The notes beneath the pieces were generated by a model. That model ran no database searches and had not been told where the DNA came from. It saw only the letters and a list, made by a program, of their open reading frames with translations. A stretch of DNA of 64,000 bases from Bacteroidales bacterium (lineage in GTDB: Bacteria; Bacteroidota; Bacteroidia; Bacteroidales; VadinHA17), in assembly GCA_024763075.1 (NCBI GenBank), contig JANTGF010000007.1, positions 17,879-81,878 on the forward strand, in the 5' to 3' direction. A program made the position numbers and the translations under genes. Shown here one piece after another: positions 7,001 through 16,976 of the stretch (positions within the stretch are counted from its first letter, which is position 1; each line of letters starts with the position of its first letter).

Positions 7001-8317
7001 TCACAACACCTCTGCAACCACAAATGTACTTCCCCCTACAAATATCATGTCTTCAGGATCGGCATTTCTTTTTGCCTGTTCAAAAGCAGTTCTTACACTA
7101 TTAATAACAGTACCCTTTAACCCTGCTTTACCTGCTTTCTCAGCCAGAACTTCAGCATCCAGAGCACGGGGAATATCTGCTTTCACAAAATAGTAAGCTG
7201 CTTCTTCCGGCAATAGCTTCAGAATAGTTTCAAGCTTTTTTTCTTTAACTACACCCAGTACAAAATGCAATTTTCTGTAAGCAGTAGTCCTGATTTGTCT
7301 CATTACCTCCCCAAGTCCCTCCTTATTATGTGCCGTATCACAAACAATCAGCGGATCTGTTCCCAACATTTGCCAGCGCCCCGTTAAACCGGTATTTTCA
7401 ACGACCTTCTCCAGGCCTCTTAATACTGCCTTATCTTCAATTCTTATCCCTTTTCTTCGTATCATTTCAATGGCTGTGAGTGAGCTTGTTACATTTTTTG
7501 TCTGGTAAAGACCAAGCAAATCCGTTTTTATCTCATCAAAGCCAAATTTTCCGGAATCATTAAACTTAATTTTTTGCTTATTATCCAGTGTTAGCAAGGA
7601 ATACTCCACCCGGTATTTTTGATCGGCAAAAACAAGCTCTGAACCCGATTCTCCGGCCACTTCCTCAAAAACATCTTTTAACCCCTCTTGCGTCTCCCCT
7701 ATCACCACAGGAACACCCCGCTTAATAATACCGGCCTTCTCACGGGCGACTCCCGTCAGTTCTGTTCCCAGAAACTCACTATGGTCGTGACCAATATTTG
7801 TAATTACCGAAAGTTCCGGTAAAATAATATTTGTAGAGTCCAACCGGCCACCCAAACCGGTTTCAATAACCGCAATATCCACTTTTTTATACCTAAAATA
7901 CTCAAAAGCCATGGCCACAGTCATCTCAAAAAAAGAAGGTTTTAGCTTTTCAAACAGCTTTTGATTTTCTTCAGTAAACCGGATTACAAACGCCTTTGAT
8001 ACCGGTACCCCATTCACCCTTATTCTTTCCCTGAAATCTTTCAGGTGCGGAGAAGTGTATAAACCGGTTTTGAAACCCGCCTCCTGTAAAACAGATGCCA
8101 GTATGTGTGAAACGGAACCTTTGCCGTTGGTACCAGCAATATGGATGGTTTGATAGGCCTGATGAGGATGGGCAAAATAATCATCCAATGCAAGAGTACG
8201 ATCAAGGTTAGCCTTATAGGCCTTATTTCCAACCCGCTGAAAAACCGGTAGCTGATCAAAAAGCCAGGTCAGAACCCGGTTATATTTTTTGTCTGTTTGA
8301 TTCACTTTTGAGTCCAT
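7001..8317 (-). CDS. folC: bifunctional folylpolyglutamate synthase / dihydrofolate synthase
   Basis: 438 aa with P-loop HIAGTNGKGS and Mur-ligase-like middle and C-terminal domains. Confidence 0.9.
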   Translation of the reverse strand: MDSKVNQTDKKYNRVLTWLFDQLPVFQRVGNKAYKANLDRTLALDDYFAHPHQAYQTIHIAGTNGKGSVSHILASVLQEAGFKTGLYTSPHLKDFRERIRVNGVPVSKAFVIRFTEENQKLFEKLKPSFFEMTVAMAFEYFRYKKVDIAVIETGLGGRLDSTNIILPELSVITNIGHDHSEFLGTELTGVAREKAGIIKRGVPVVIGETQEGLKDVFEEVAGESGSELVFADQKYRVEYSLLTLDNKQKIKFNDSGKFGFDEIKTDLLGLYQTKNVTSSLTAIEMIRRKGIRIEDKAVLRGLEKVVENTGLTGRWQMLGTDPLIVCDTAHNKEGLGEVMRQIRTTAYRKLHFVLGVVKEKKLETILKLLPEEAAYYFVKADIPRALDAEVLAEKAGKAGLKGTVINSVRTAFEQAKRNADPEDMIFVGGSTFVVAEVL

Positions 8318-8820
8318 TCTTCATAGTGAACTTTTTCTGAAGTGAACCTGTCAATAACCGGCTTTATTTCAGCCGGATACCCAACTGAAACAAGCGCATA
8401 GGGTTGTACTTGGTCAGGCAGATGAAATAATTCTTTCAAAGCCTTTTTTCTTGCTTCCCTCGGATGAATACCAATCCATACGGCTCCCAGACCCATTCCG
8501 TGTGCAGCAAGCAGAATATTTTGGGTGGCAGCACCGCAATCCACGATCCCGTATCCTGAATCATGCTCCAGGTCTGTATCAACCATTACAAGAATAGCCA
8601 GGGCAGCCTCTTTGAGCATCTGTGCATAAGCATGAATCCTCATGATGGCCTGCAATTTTTCTTTTTCTTTAATTACCATAAAATGCCAGGGCTGACAATT
8701 CATGGCTGAAGGTGCCTGCATCCCGGCTTTCAATAAGGTTTGTATCTGCTCGTCGGAAAGCTTTATCTCCTTATACCTTCTTATACTTCTTCGTGTAAAG
8801 ATACCTTCAATTAATTCCAT
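8302..8820 (-). CDS. nitroreductase family protein
   Basis: Track ORF is 8302..8853. The ATG at 8820 gives MELIEGIFTRRSIRRY, the classic nitroreductase N-terminus. The stop overlaps the folC start by 16 nt. Confidence 0.8.
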   Translation of the reverse strand: MELIEGIFTRRSIRRYKEIKLSDEQIQTLLKAGMQAPSAMNCQPWHFMVIKEKEKLQAIMRIHAYAQMLKEAALAILVMVDTDLEHDSGYGIVDCGAATQNILLAAHGMGLGAVWIGIHPREARKKALKELFHLPDQVQPYALVSVGYPAEIKPVIDRFTSEKVHYEEWTQK

Positions 8821-8908
8821 ATAAATTGATTTTGCAAAGTTGTAAAGATACAAAAGCCAATAAAATTTTGTACATTTAAGCCATTAATCATTGTTTAAAA
8901 TTGTATAC

Positions 8909-10240
8909 ATGAATAAAAAGGTAAAAAAAATATTTGTTCTGGATACGAATGTTTTGTTACATGATTACAATGCCATTTTTAATTTCCAGGAGAATGATAT
9001 TGTAATTCCCATCGTCGTATTGGAAGAACTGGATAAATTCAAGAAAGGAAACAGTCAGATCAACTTCCATGCCCGTGAACTGACCCGTGAACTTGATAAA
9101 CTTTCAGGAGATCATCTTTTTAACAAGGGTGTATCGCTGGGAAAAGGGAAAGGAAAATTATTTATTGAGACAGGAAAACCTTTTCCTGAAAAAATGAGTG
9201 AATCTTTTCCTGAAAAAACTCCGGATCACAGGATCCTGGTCATTGCTGATTTTATTACAGATAAGTATCCCAACAATAAGGTTATCCTGGTTACCAAGGA
9301 CATTAACCTTCGGTTAAAAGCAAAATCGCTGGATATCCTTGCCCAGGATTATGAAACCGATAAAGTTTCGAATCTGGAAGAATTGTATAAAGATCTGGTG
9401 ACAGTTTCCGACCTTAACGATGATTTGGTTTCTAAACTTTATGATGAACCCGAAGGAGTTCCAGTGGAGGAATTCCAATTGGAAAAACCTTCCCATGCCC
9501 ATCAGTATTTTATTCTCAAAAGTGCAAAATCAAGCGTATTGGGTCATTATGATCCTACCACAAAACTTATGAACCGGGTACAAAAGATACAGGCTTATGG
9601 AATTGAGCCCAGAAATGCAGAACAGACTTTTTCTATAAATGCACTGACCCGTCCCGAGATCAAACTGGTAGCTTTAACAGGAAAAGCAGGCACCGGAAAA
9701 ACACTTGTTGCACTTGCTGCCGCGTTGCATCAGCGCAGAAATTACAAACAAATATTTTTGGCACGGCCTATTGTCCCTCTGGCAAACAGAGATATGGGAT
9801 TTTTACCCGGAGATGTGAGTGAGAAAATCGGACCATACATGCAACCTCTTTTCGACAACCTTACTGTAATAAAAAACAGGTACAGCCCGCAAAGCAAAGA
9901 ATATCAAAAAATAGAAAATATGTTAAAAGAGGAAAAGCTGGTTATCACTCCATTGGCATACATCCGGGGGCGTAGCCTTTCCAATATCTTTTTTATAGTG
10001 GATGAAGCACAGAATCTTACTCCTCATGAAATAAAAACCATTATCACACGTGCCGGTGAAGGAACAAAAATGGTATTTACCGGTGATATTGAACAAATAG
10101 ACTCCCCGTATCTGGATGCCGGTTCCAACGGGCTCACCTACCTTTCGGATAAAATGAAAGGGCAGGATATTTTTGCTCACATCAACCTTGTGAAAGGAGA
10201 AAGAAGTCAGCTGGCGGAGCTAGCGAGCCAGTTACTTTAA
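8909..10240 (+). CDS. PhoH2-type protein (N-terminal PIN domain fused to PhoH-like ATPase)
   Basis: The ATG at 8909 gives MNKKVKKIFVLDTNVLL, a PIN start. Walker A is GKAGTGKT and Walker B is FFIVDEAQN. Architecture is PIN+PhoH. Confidence 0.85.
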   Translation: MNKKVKKIFVLDTNVLLHDYNAIFNFQENDIVIPIVVLEELDKFKKGNSQINFHARELTRELDKLSGDHLFNKGVSLGKGKGKLFIETGKPFPEKMSESFPEKTPDHRILVIADFITDKYPNNKVILVTKDINLRLKAKSLDILAQDYETDKVSNLEELYKDLVTVSDLNDDLVSKLYDEPEGVPVEEFQLEKPSHAHQYFILKSAKSSVLGHYDPTTKLMNRVQKIQAYGIEPRNAEQTFSINALTRPEIKLVALTGKAGTGKTLVALAAALHQRRNYKQIFLARPIVPLANRDMGFLPGDVSEKIGPYMQPLFDNLTVIKNRYSPQSKEYQKIENMLKEEKLVITPLAYIRGRSLSNIFFIVDEAQNLTPHEIKTIITRAGEGTKMVFTGDIEQIDSPYLDAGSNGLTYLSDKMKGQDIFAHINLVKGERSQLAELASQLL

Positions 10241-10247
10241 AGATACA

Positions 10248-10342
10248 AGAAATCCCGAAACAGTTGAAATCTATGATTTCTATACTGTTTCGAGGATCCT
10301 CGAAAAACTATGCAAATCAAAGATTTGCAGGTTTTCGGGACA
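10248..10342 (+). repeat. two-hairpin intergenic element, copy B
   Basis: Outer stem TCCCGAAA (10253-10260) with TTTCGGGA (10333-10340). Inside: CGAAACAGT/ACTGTTTCG (10256-10264 with 10284-10292) with inner GAAATC/GATTTC, a perfect 16-nt palindrome TTCGAGGATCCTCGAA (10289-10304), and the GCAAATC-AAA-GATTTGC hairpin (10312-10328). ACAAGA flanks both sides. Confidence 0.75.
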
Positions 10343-10402
10343 AGAGCCAAGAACCAAAAAATAAGCAATGAGATGAGGATTGAAAAATAAAAAAACAAAA
10401 GA

Positions 10403-10903
10403 ATGTCAAAAATATTAACTATTGTCCGGCATGGTAAATCGGATTGGGAATACGATTCTCTGACTGATTATGACAGGCCATTGAAACTCAGAGGATACAA
10501 TGATGCCTATAAAATGGCATTGCGATTAAAAAAGGCAGGGAGTCCACCGGAAAAAATTTATACCAGCCCGGCAAACAGGGCTTTATATACTGCAGTAATT
10601 TTTAGCCGGGTGTTTTTTGAGGCTTTTGATCTAATCCGGATTAAAGAAGAAATTTACCTGGGAAGTTACAGAACACTTATGGATGAAATAAAAAACTGCC
10701 CTGACAATTGCAATCACCTGGCTATCTTTGCACACAACCCCGGGGTTACAAACCTGGCAAATCAATTTGTTGATGAGCCGATATACAATATTCCAACTTC
10801 CGGCTGGGTCCGTTTTGAGTTTAACATTGAAAAATGGCAGGATATTGCACGTGCGCATTTGAACGGATATATTTTTGATTATCCGAAAAGAACCGGCATT
10901 TGA
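10403..10903 (+). CDS. histidine phosphatase superfamily protein (SixA-like)
   Basis: 166 aa. The N-terminal RHGKS catalytic motif and small size are typical of SixA-type phosphohistidine phosphatases. Confidence 0.75.
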   Translation: MSKILTIVRHGKSDWEYDSLTDYDRPLKLRGYNDAYKMALRLKKAGSPPEKIYTSPANRALYTAVIFSRVFFEAFDLIRIKEEIYLGSYRTLMDEIKNCPDNCNHLAIFAHNPGVTNLANQFVDEPIYNIPTSGWVRFEFNIEKWQDIARAHLNGYIFDYPKRTGI

Positions 10904-10921
10904 TACTGAAAGTACATTATT

Positions 10922-12982
10922 ATGGAAAAAACACCAGATATATTAAACCGGGAATTAAGCTGGCTGGCCTTCAATCATTCCGTACTTCAGGAGGCAGCTG
11001 ATCCGAGTGTTCCCCTCATCGAAAGAATCCGGTTTTTAGGTATTTTCTCAAATAACCTGGATGAGTTTTTTAAAGTCAGGGTAGCATCGGTTCGGCGCCT
11101 GATTGAATTAAAAGTCGATAACACCAAGCTCACAGGCGGTGATGATCCTAAAAAGCTTCTGAATCAAATTCAGAGAACAGTCATCAGGCTTCAAAAGATA
11201 TTCGATGAAACCTATGAACAAATTCTTAAAGAACTCAGAACGGAAAATATTCATATTATTAATGAACATTCCCTGAGCGAAAAACAATCAGAATTTATTG
11301 ATGACTTCTTTGTAGATAAACTACTTCCCGTTTTAGCACCCATTATTTTATCAGACTCCAGACCATTTCCCAGACTCAGGGATAAATCAATCTATCTCGC
11401 AGTAAAGCTTACAAACTCAAAGGAAAGAAAATACGGACTGATTGAACTTCCAAGGAAAACATTGCCCCGTTTTGTTGAACTGCCAAAAGAGGGAGATAAT
11501 CGCTTCATTATTTTGCTGGAAGACGTAATTCGGGCCAAACTAAAGGATATTTTTAGAATTTTGCCATTTACCGGATTTAAAGCCTATACAATAAAGATAA
11601 CACGGGATGCAGAACTTGATATCGATAATGATCTTACCAAAAGTTTCCTTGAAAAAATTTCAAAAGGCGTAAAAGGAAGAAAAAAAGGACAACCGGTCAG
11701 GTTTGTTTACGACAAGCGCCTACCCAGGGATTTACTCCTCTATTTGAAAAAAAGACTTAAAATTGATGATGAGGACAGTATGATTCCCGGTGGGATTTAT
11801 CATAATTTCAAAGACTTTATGGAATTTCCTAATATTAGCCATAAAAAACTTGAATACCAAAAACTTAAACCCATCCAACACCCGGCTTTTGCTCCTGGAA
11901 CGAGAATCATCAATAATATTTTAAAAGAAGATATTCTTCTATATTATCCTTATCATAATTTTTCACATTTCATCAGCCTTTTAAGGGAAGCCGCAATTGA
12001 CCCGGATGTAACTTCCATACAAATTACCTTATACCGGGTAGCCATGTTTTCCATGGTAATGAATTCTCTGATCAATGCCTGCCTGAACGGAAAAAAGGTA
12101 ACCGTAGTGATTGAATTACAAGCCCGGTTTGATGAAGAATCAAATATCTACTGGTCTAAGAAACTGGAAGAAGTCGGAGCGAAAGTACTGTTTGGTATTC
12201 CGGGACTAAAAGTACACGCAAAAATCTTACTCATTGGGAAGAAGAATCTTAAAAACAAGACAGAATTTATCTCTTGCATCAGTACAGGAAATTTTCATGA
12301 AGGAACGGCTAAAGTATATTCGGATGTGACCCTTTTCACTGCTAACAAGAAAATTTGCAAGGAGGTAAAAACGGTTTTTAGCTTTATCGAGTTTCCTTTC
12401 AAACCTGTGTATTTCAGACACCTGATCTTCTCGCCGAACCAGATGAGAAATAAACTTTACAGCCTCATCGAAAATGAAGTAAGAAATGTAAAAGAGGGAA
12501 AAAAAGGTTATTTCTACCTGAAAATAAACAATCTGGTTGACCAGAAACTCATCCGTAAGATTTATGCTGCCAGCCAGGCAGGTGTGGATGTAACTTTAAT
12601 TGTCAGAGGTATTTGTTCATTAAAACCAGGGATTCCGGGATTAAGTGAAAACATTACGGCCATTAGTATTGTTGGGCGTTTTCTTGAACACTCCCGGATC
12701 TTTATTTTTGGTAACGATGGTGATGAATTGTATTACATCAGTTCTGCTGACTGGATGCCCCGAAACCTGGATCACAGGGTTGAAATTGCCAGTCCGGTTT
12801 ATGATCCCCTTCTACAAAATGAATTGAAGAATCTGATCAATCTTTTGTTAGCAGACAATGTAAAAGCCAGGATAATTAATGATGTCCAGGATAATCAGTA
12901 CAGAAAAATCGGTTCAAAACCGGTCAACTCTCAGATCGAACTTTACAATTTATTAAAAAATAACAAACTAAGAACAACTTAA
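10922..12982 (+). CDS. ppk1: polyphosphate kinase 1
   Basis: 686 aa. N-terminus is NRELSWLAFNHSVLQEA...ERIRFLGIFSNNLDEFF. Two PLD-like HKD-type domains are present, including GLKVHAKILLI. Confidence 0.95.
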   Translation: MEKTPDILNRELSWLAFNHSVLQEAADPSVPLIERIRFLGIFSNNLDEFFKVRVASVRRLIELKVDNTKLTGGDDPKKLLNQIQRTVIRLQKIFDETYEQILKELRTENIHIINEHSLSEKQSEFIDDFFVDKLLPVLAPIILSDSRPFPRLRDKSIYLAVKLTNSKERKYGLIELPRKTLPRFVELPKEGDNRFIILLEDVIRAKLKDIFRILPFTGFKAYTIKITRDAELDIDNDLTKSFLEKISKGVKGRKKGQPVRFVYDKRLPRDLLLYLKKRLKIDDEDSMIPGGIYHNFKDFMEFPNISHKKLEYQKLKPIQHPAFAPGTRIINNILKEDILLYYPYHNFSHFISLLREAAIDPDVTSIQITLYRVAMFSMVMNSLINACLNGKKVTVVIELQARFDEESNIYWSKKLEEVGAKVLFGIPGLKVHAKILLIGKKNLKNKTEFISCISTGNFHEGTAKVYSDVTLFTANKKICKEVKTVFSFIEFPFKPVYFRHLIFSPNQMRNKLYSLIENEVRNVKEGKKGYFYLKINNLVDQKLIRKIYAASQAGVDVTLIVRGICSLKPGIPGLSENITAISIVGRFLEHSRIFIFGNDGDELYYISSADWMPRNLDHRVEIASPVYDPLLQNELKNLINLLLADNVKARIINDVQDNQYRKIGSKPVNSQIELYNLLKNNKLRTT

Positions 12983-13004
12983 CCCATTAAAAAACAGTGG
13001 ATTT

Positions 13005-13805
13005 ATGAGTATAGACTTAAATAAAGCCGGTGAGTTGGTAATTGCCACAGCGCGAGAGGCAGGTTCATATATCAGAAAAGAACAAAGGAGTTTTTCATCA
13101 AAGCAGATCAGTGTAAAAGGTTTACATGATTTTGTAACCCATGTAGACAAGGCATCTGAGGAGTTTATTTACAGCAAGCTGAAAGATTTAATACCCGACG
13201 CTGGTTTTCTGGGTGAGGAGCAAACTTCCGAAATTGAAGGCAAGGATTATAAATGGATTGTTGATCCTCTTGACGGAACTACTAATTTTATTCATGGCCT
13301 GCATCCTTATTCCGTAAGCATTGGGCTTATGAAAGAAAATGAGATGGTACTCGGTGTGGTTTATGAAGTGGGCGCTGATGAAACTTTTTATGCCTGGGGT
13401 AGTTCTCCTGCATATTGCAATGGAAAACAGATCAGAGTTTCTACTATAGCTAAGGTAAAAGATTCTCTCATTGCCACCGGATTCCCATATAGTAACTTCA
13501 CAAGAATTGATGCATTTAACAAAAGCATGGAATATTTCATGAGGAATTCTCATGGTGTACGCAGGCTGGGTTCTGCTGCCACAGACCTGGTTTACGTTGC
13601 AAGGGGAAACTTTGAGGCGTTTTATGAATACAATCTCAGCCCCTGGGATGTAGCAGCCGCCACATTTATACTACAACAGGCAGGAGGAAAAATCTGTGAT
13701 TTTTCCGGTGGAAATGATTATATTTTCGGAAAGGAAATTATCGCAGCAAATGAAGCTGTTATGAAAGAATTTTATAGCATTGTTCATAAAATAATGACAA
13801 CTTGA
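13005..13805 (+). CDS. inositol monophosphatase family protein
   Basis: 266 aa with the WIVDPLDGTTNF metal-binding motif and a downstream GSAA..L motif. Confidence 0.9.
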   Translation: MSIDLNKAGELVIATAREAGSYIRKEQRSFSSKQISVKGLHDFVTHVDKASEEFIYSKLKDLIPDAGFLGEEQTSEIEGKDYKWIVDPLDGTTNFIHGLHPYSVSIGLMKENEMVLGVVYEVGADETFYAWGSSPAYCNGKQIRVSTIAKVKDSLIATGFPYSNFTRIDAFNKSMEYFMRNSHGVRRLGSAATDLVYVARGNFEAFYEYNLSPWDVAAATFILQQAGGKICDFSGGNDYIFGKEIIAANEAVMKEFYSIVHKIMTT

Positions 13806-13937
13806 TTTTATGTGCCTGTTATTAGACATTTTAATTTCCGGCCAGGAATTACAACAATTTAACAAATTAAAACTAACTTCGCAGCTGATTACAAAACCTG
13901 AATACTAAATCATTAAAAAACTGTTTCTTTGTAGTAT

Positions 13938-14987
13938 ATGATCCGGACAGCCATTGTAATACTTAACTGGAACGGAGAAGGATTTTTACAGAAATTCCTT
14001 CCCGGAGTGATAGACAAATCAGTAAATACAAACACTAAGGTAGTAATTGCTGACAATGGTTCCACAGACAATTCTATTTCTTTTCTTCAGAAAAACTTTC
14101 CCGGTATTGACCTAATACAGTTTGATAAAAACTACGGTTTTACGGAAGGTTACAATAAAGCCCTTGCTCAGGTTGAAGCTGAATATTTCATTCTTTTAAA
14201 TTCTGATATTGAGGTTACTGACAACTGGGTCAGTCCACTAATTGAAGTCCTAGATAAAGATCCGGAGGTAGCTGTAGTCATGCCAAAAATCAAATCTTAT
14301 TCTGATCCTGAACTTTTTGAATATGCCGGTGCTGCAGGTGGTTTTGTGGACAAATTTGGTTATCCGTTTTGCAGGGGAAGAATATTAAATAACATTGAAA
14401 AAGACAAGGGACAATACGATACCTCAACCGAAATTTTCTGGGCCACCGGTGCCTGTATGGCAATAAAAGCAGAAACATTTAAAAAGTCGGGAGGCTTTGA
14501 TTCTTATATGTTTGCTCATATGGAAGAAATCGACCTGTGCTGGAGACTCAAAAACCAGGGCTATAAGATCATGTTTACACCAAGATCAGTAGTCTATCAT
14601 GTAGGTGGTGGAAGCCTGCCAAATGAACACCCCAGAAAGCTCTATTATAATTTCAGAAATAATTTAATATTACTTTATAAAAATCTGCCAAAAGGCAAAC
14701 TATATCCTATCCTCATCACCCGGCTTATTCTGGATGGTATTGCGGCAATAAAATTTTTACTCGGTTTTAAGTTCTCGTATGTTGCGGCTGTTGCAAGGGC
14801 TCATTTCCGCTTTTATACCGTTGCATCCAGATATCACAAGTACAGGAAAAAAAATGGTCCAAAAACCAGAGAATTCCCGGATCAGATTTTCCGGAAAAGC
14901 ATGCTGATCCGGTTTTATTTCAAAAAGAAAAGAAAATTCAGTGAATTAAACCCCGGATATTTCATTTCATCAGGTCAGAATCAATAA
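13938..14987 (+). CDS. glycosyltransferase family 2
   Basis: IVILNWNG start, DNGSTD and LLNSD motifs, EEIDLCWR. This is the rhamnosyltransferase-like GT2 pattern. Confidence 0.8.
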   Translation: MIRTAIVILNWNGEGFLQKFLPGVIDKSVNTNTKVVIADNGSTDNSISFLQKNFPGIDLIQFDKNYGFTEGYNKALAQVEAEYFILLNSDIEVTDNWVSPLIEVLDKDPEVAVVMPKIKSYSDPELFEYAGAAGGFVDKFGYPFCRGRILNNIEKDKGQYDTSTEIFWATGACMAIKAETFKKSGGFDSYMFAHMEEIDLCWRLKNQGYKIMFTPRSVVYHVGGGSLPNEHPRKLYYNFRNNLILLYKNLPKGKLYPILITRLILDGIAAIKFLLGFKFSYVAAVARAHFRFYTVASRYHKYRKKNGPKTREFPDQIFRKSMLIRFYFKKKRKFSELNPGYFISSGQNQ

Positions 14988-15007
14988 GTTTACTAAAATA
15001 TTTAACC

Positions 15008-16147
15008 GTGAGGAGAAAACCATTTATTATTTTTTTGTTTTTCATTCTTTGCCTGTATGGCTTAGCCAATTATTTCATTTTCAAACATATACTTCCAGTC
15101 ATACCGCAGCAACCACTGGCAAGGGCTATCTTTACTACAATATTTATCATGCTCTCCTTATCATTTCTGACCGGGAGAATGCTGGAAAGAAGATGGAAAA
15201 ACAATATCGTTTATATGAATACAAAAGTGGGAGCCTTCTGGCTGGCTGCAACCCTGTACCTTTTTCTATTCTTCCTTTTCACCGACCTCTTAAACCTTGT
15301 TATAATACCCCTGCTTCCAGAAACAGAATCTACATCGTCTTCCATTATAATCTCAGAAATACTAATCATACTGTTTATCACAGGCTTATTAATACTGGCA
15401 GGCTATGTGAATGCAATTCATCCCCGAATAAAAACTTTGAATATTTCAATCCGAAAGCTACCTGAAAAAGGGAAGAAAATAAACATTGTTGCAGTTTCTG
15501 ATGTACATCTGGGTTCCATTGTGGGCGAAAAAAGAGTAGCTAAAATGGTTGACATGATAAATGGACTGGAACCTGATGTTGTTCTTTTTCTGGGCGACCT
15601 GCTTGATGAAGATCCGGGGCCGGTAATCCAAAAGGACCTGGGCAGCTGTCTTGAAAAAATAAAATCAAAACACGGCATTTATGCTATAACAGGAAATCAT
15701 GAATATATTGGGGGAATACAAAAAGCTGCTCCTTTTTTTAAAAAACACGGTATTCAGTTGCTCAGGGACGAAACCGTACTGATTGATGACAAGCTTTACC
15801 TGGTTGGACGAGAGGACAGGGATAAGGTGCGATTTGCAGGAATCGCCAGAAAAACCCTTCCTGATCTGATGAAAGGAATTGATCATTCAAAGTTGATTAT
15901 TCTGCTTGATCATCAGCCATTTCATCTTGATAAGAGCAGAAATTCCGGAATTGACCTTCATTTGTCAGGGCATACCCATCATGGGCAAATCTGGCCTTTT
16001 CAGTATATTACAAAAAGAATATATCAAGTCAGTTATGGGTATTTAAAATCCGGTACCACCCATTTTTACGTTTCCAGTGGTTTTGGAACCTGGGGACCGC
16101 CCGTAAGACTGGGAAACAGGCCTGAAGTGTTGCACATTCAGATATAA
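15008..16147 (+). CDS. membrane-anchored metallophosphoesterase
   Basis: GTG start and about four N-terminal TM helices. Calcineurin-like motifs are SDVHLG, GDLLD, GNHE and GHTHHG. Confidence 0.8.
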   Translation: MRRKPFIIFLFFILCLYGLANYFIFKHILPVIPQQPLARAIFTTIFIMLSLSFLTGRMLERRWKNNIVYMNTKVGAFWLAATLYLFLFFLFTDLLNLVIIPLLPETESTSSSIIISEILIILFITGLLILAGYVNAIHPRIKTLNISIRKLPEKGKKINIVAVSDVHLGSIVGEKRVAKMVDMINGLEPDVVLFLGDLLDEDPGPVIQKDLGSCLEKIKSKHGIYAITGNHEYIGGIQKAAPFFKKHGIQLLRDETVLIDDKLYLVGREDRDKVRFAGIARKTLPDLMKGIDHSKLIILLDHQPFHLDKSRNSGIDLHLSGHTHHGQIWPFQYITKRIYQVSYGYLKSGTTHFYVSSGFGTWGPPVRLGNRPEVLHIQI

Positions 16148-16150
16148 AAC

Positions 16151-16180
16151 AAAAAAAGTGCCAAAAACTGACACTTTTTC
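16151..16180. terminator. bidirectional terminator between convergent genes
   Basis: A7-GTGCCA-AAAAC-TGACAC-T5 hairpin with flanking A and T runs. Confidence 0.55.
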
Positions 16181-16202
16181 TTATCATAATAATACGATGA
16201 AC

Positions 16203-16973
16203 CTAACTTTCAATTTCAGTAGAAATCTCATCATCCACTAAAATTCTTCCACAGTATTCACACACTGTTATTTTTTTACGCATCCTGATATCCAACTGCC
16301 TTTGAGGCGGAATTTTATTGAAACATCCACCGCAGGCATCCCGCTGGATTGTAACAACGGATAAACCATTACGGGCATTTGCCCGTATCTTTTGATAGGC
16401 GATCAGCAGTCTGGGTTCAATAATTTTCTGAACCTCTTCCGACTTTTTGATCAGTTCCTTTTCATCCTTTTCCGTTTCTTCAATTATTTGGTCAAGCTCA
16501 GATTTTTTCGCTTCCAGGTCTTTTTTCCTCTCATCCATCACAGCCTGGGATTCCTCTAATAAAATCTTTTTTGCATCCTGTTCAACAGTATATTCTCTTA
16601 TTCTTTTTTCACATAATTCAATTTCAAGTGACTGATATTCCAGTTCCTTTGAAATAGAATCATATTCCCGGTTATTTCTTACATTTTTTTGCTGATCCTC
16701 ATATTTCTTAATCAAAGTCTGAGCGTCAGTTATTTCATTTTTCTTTTTAACAATGGAATCTTCAAAATTATCAATTTCCTCCTGTATATGAGAAACTCTG
16801 GTTTCCAAACCTGCTATCTCATCATCCAGATCCTGTACTTCAAGTGGAAGTTCACCGCGCAATCTTCTAATATTATCAATCTCTGAATCAATCTGTTGTA
16901 ATTGATACAAAGCTTTCAGGGTATCTTCAACTGTAACTTCAGCCTTCTTGCTGGCCTTCTTTGTTTTTGCCAT
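16203..16973 (-). CDS. coiled-coil protein with C-terminal C4 zinc ribbon (COG1579-like)
   Basis: 256 aa, a long heptad-rich Glu/Lys region, and a C-terminal CGGC...CEYCGRIL zinc ribbon. Starts 3 nt after the Nif3 stop. Confidence 0.75.
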   Translation of the reverse strand: MAKTKKASKKAEVTVEDTLKALYQLQQIDSEIDNIRRLRGELPLEVQDLDDEIAGLETRVSHIQEEIDNFEDSIVKKKNEITDAQTLIKKYEDQQKNVRNNREYDSISKELEYQSLEIELCEKRIREYTVEQDAKKILLEESQAVMDERKKDLEAKKSELDQIIEETEKDEKELIKKSEEVQKIIEPRLLIAYQKIRANARNGLSVVTIQRDACGGCFNKIPPQRQLDIRMRKKITVCEYCGRILVDDEISTEIES

Positions 16974-16976
16974 TTT

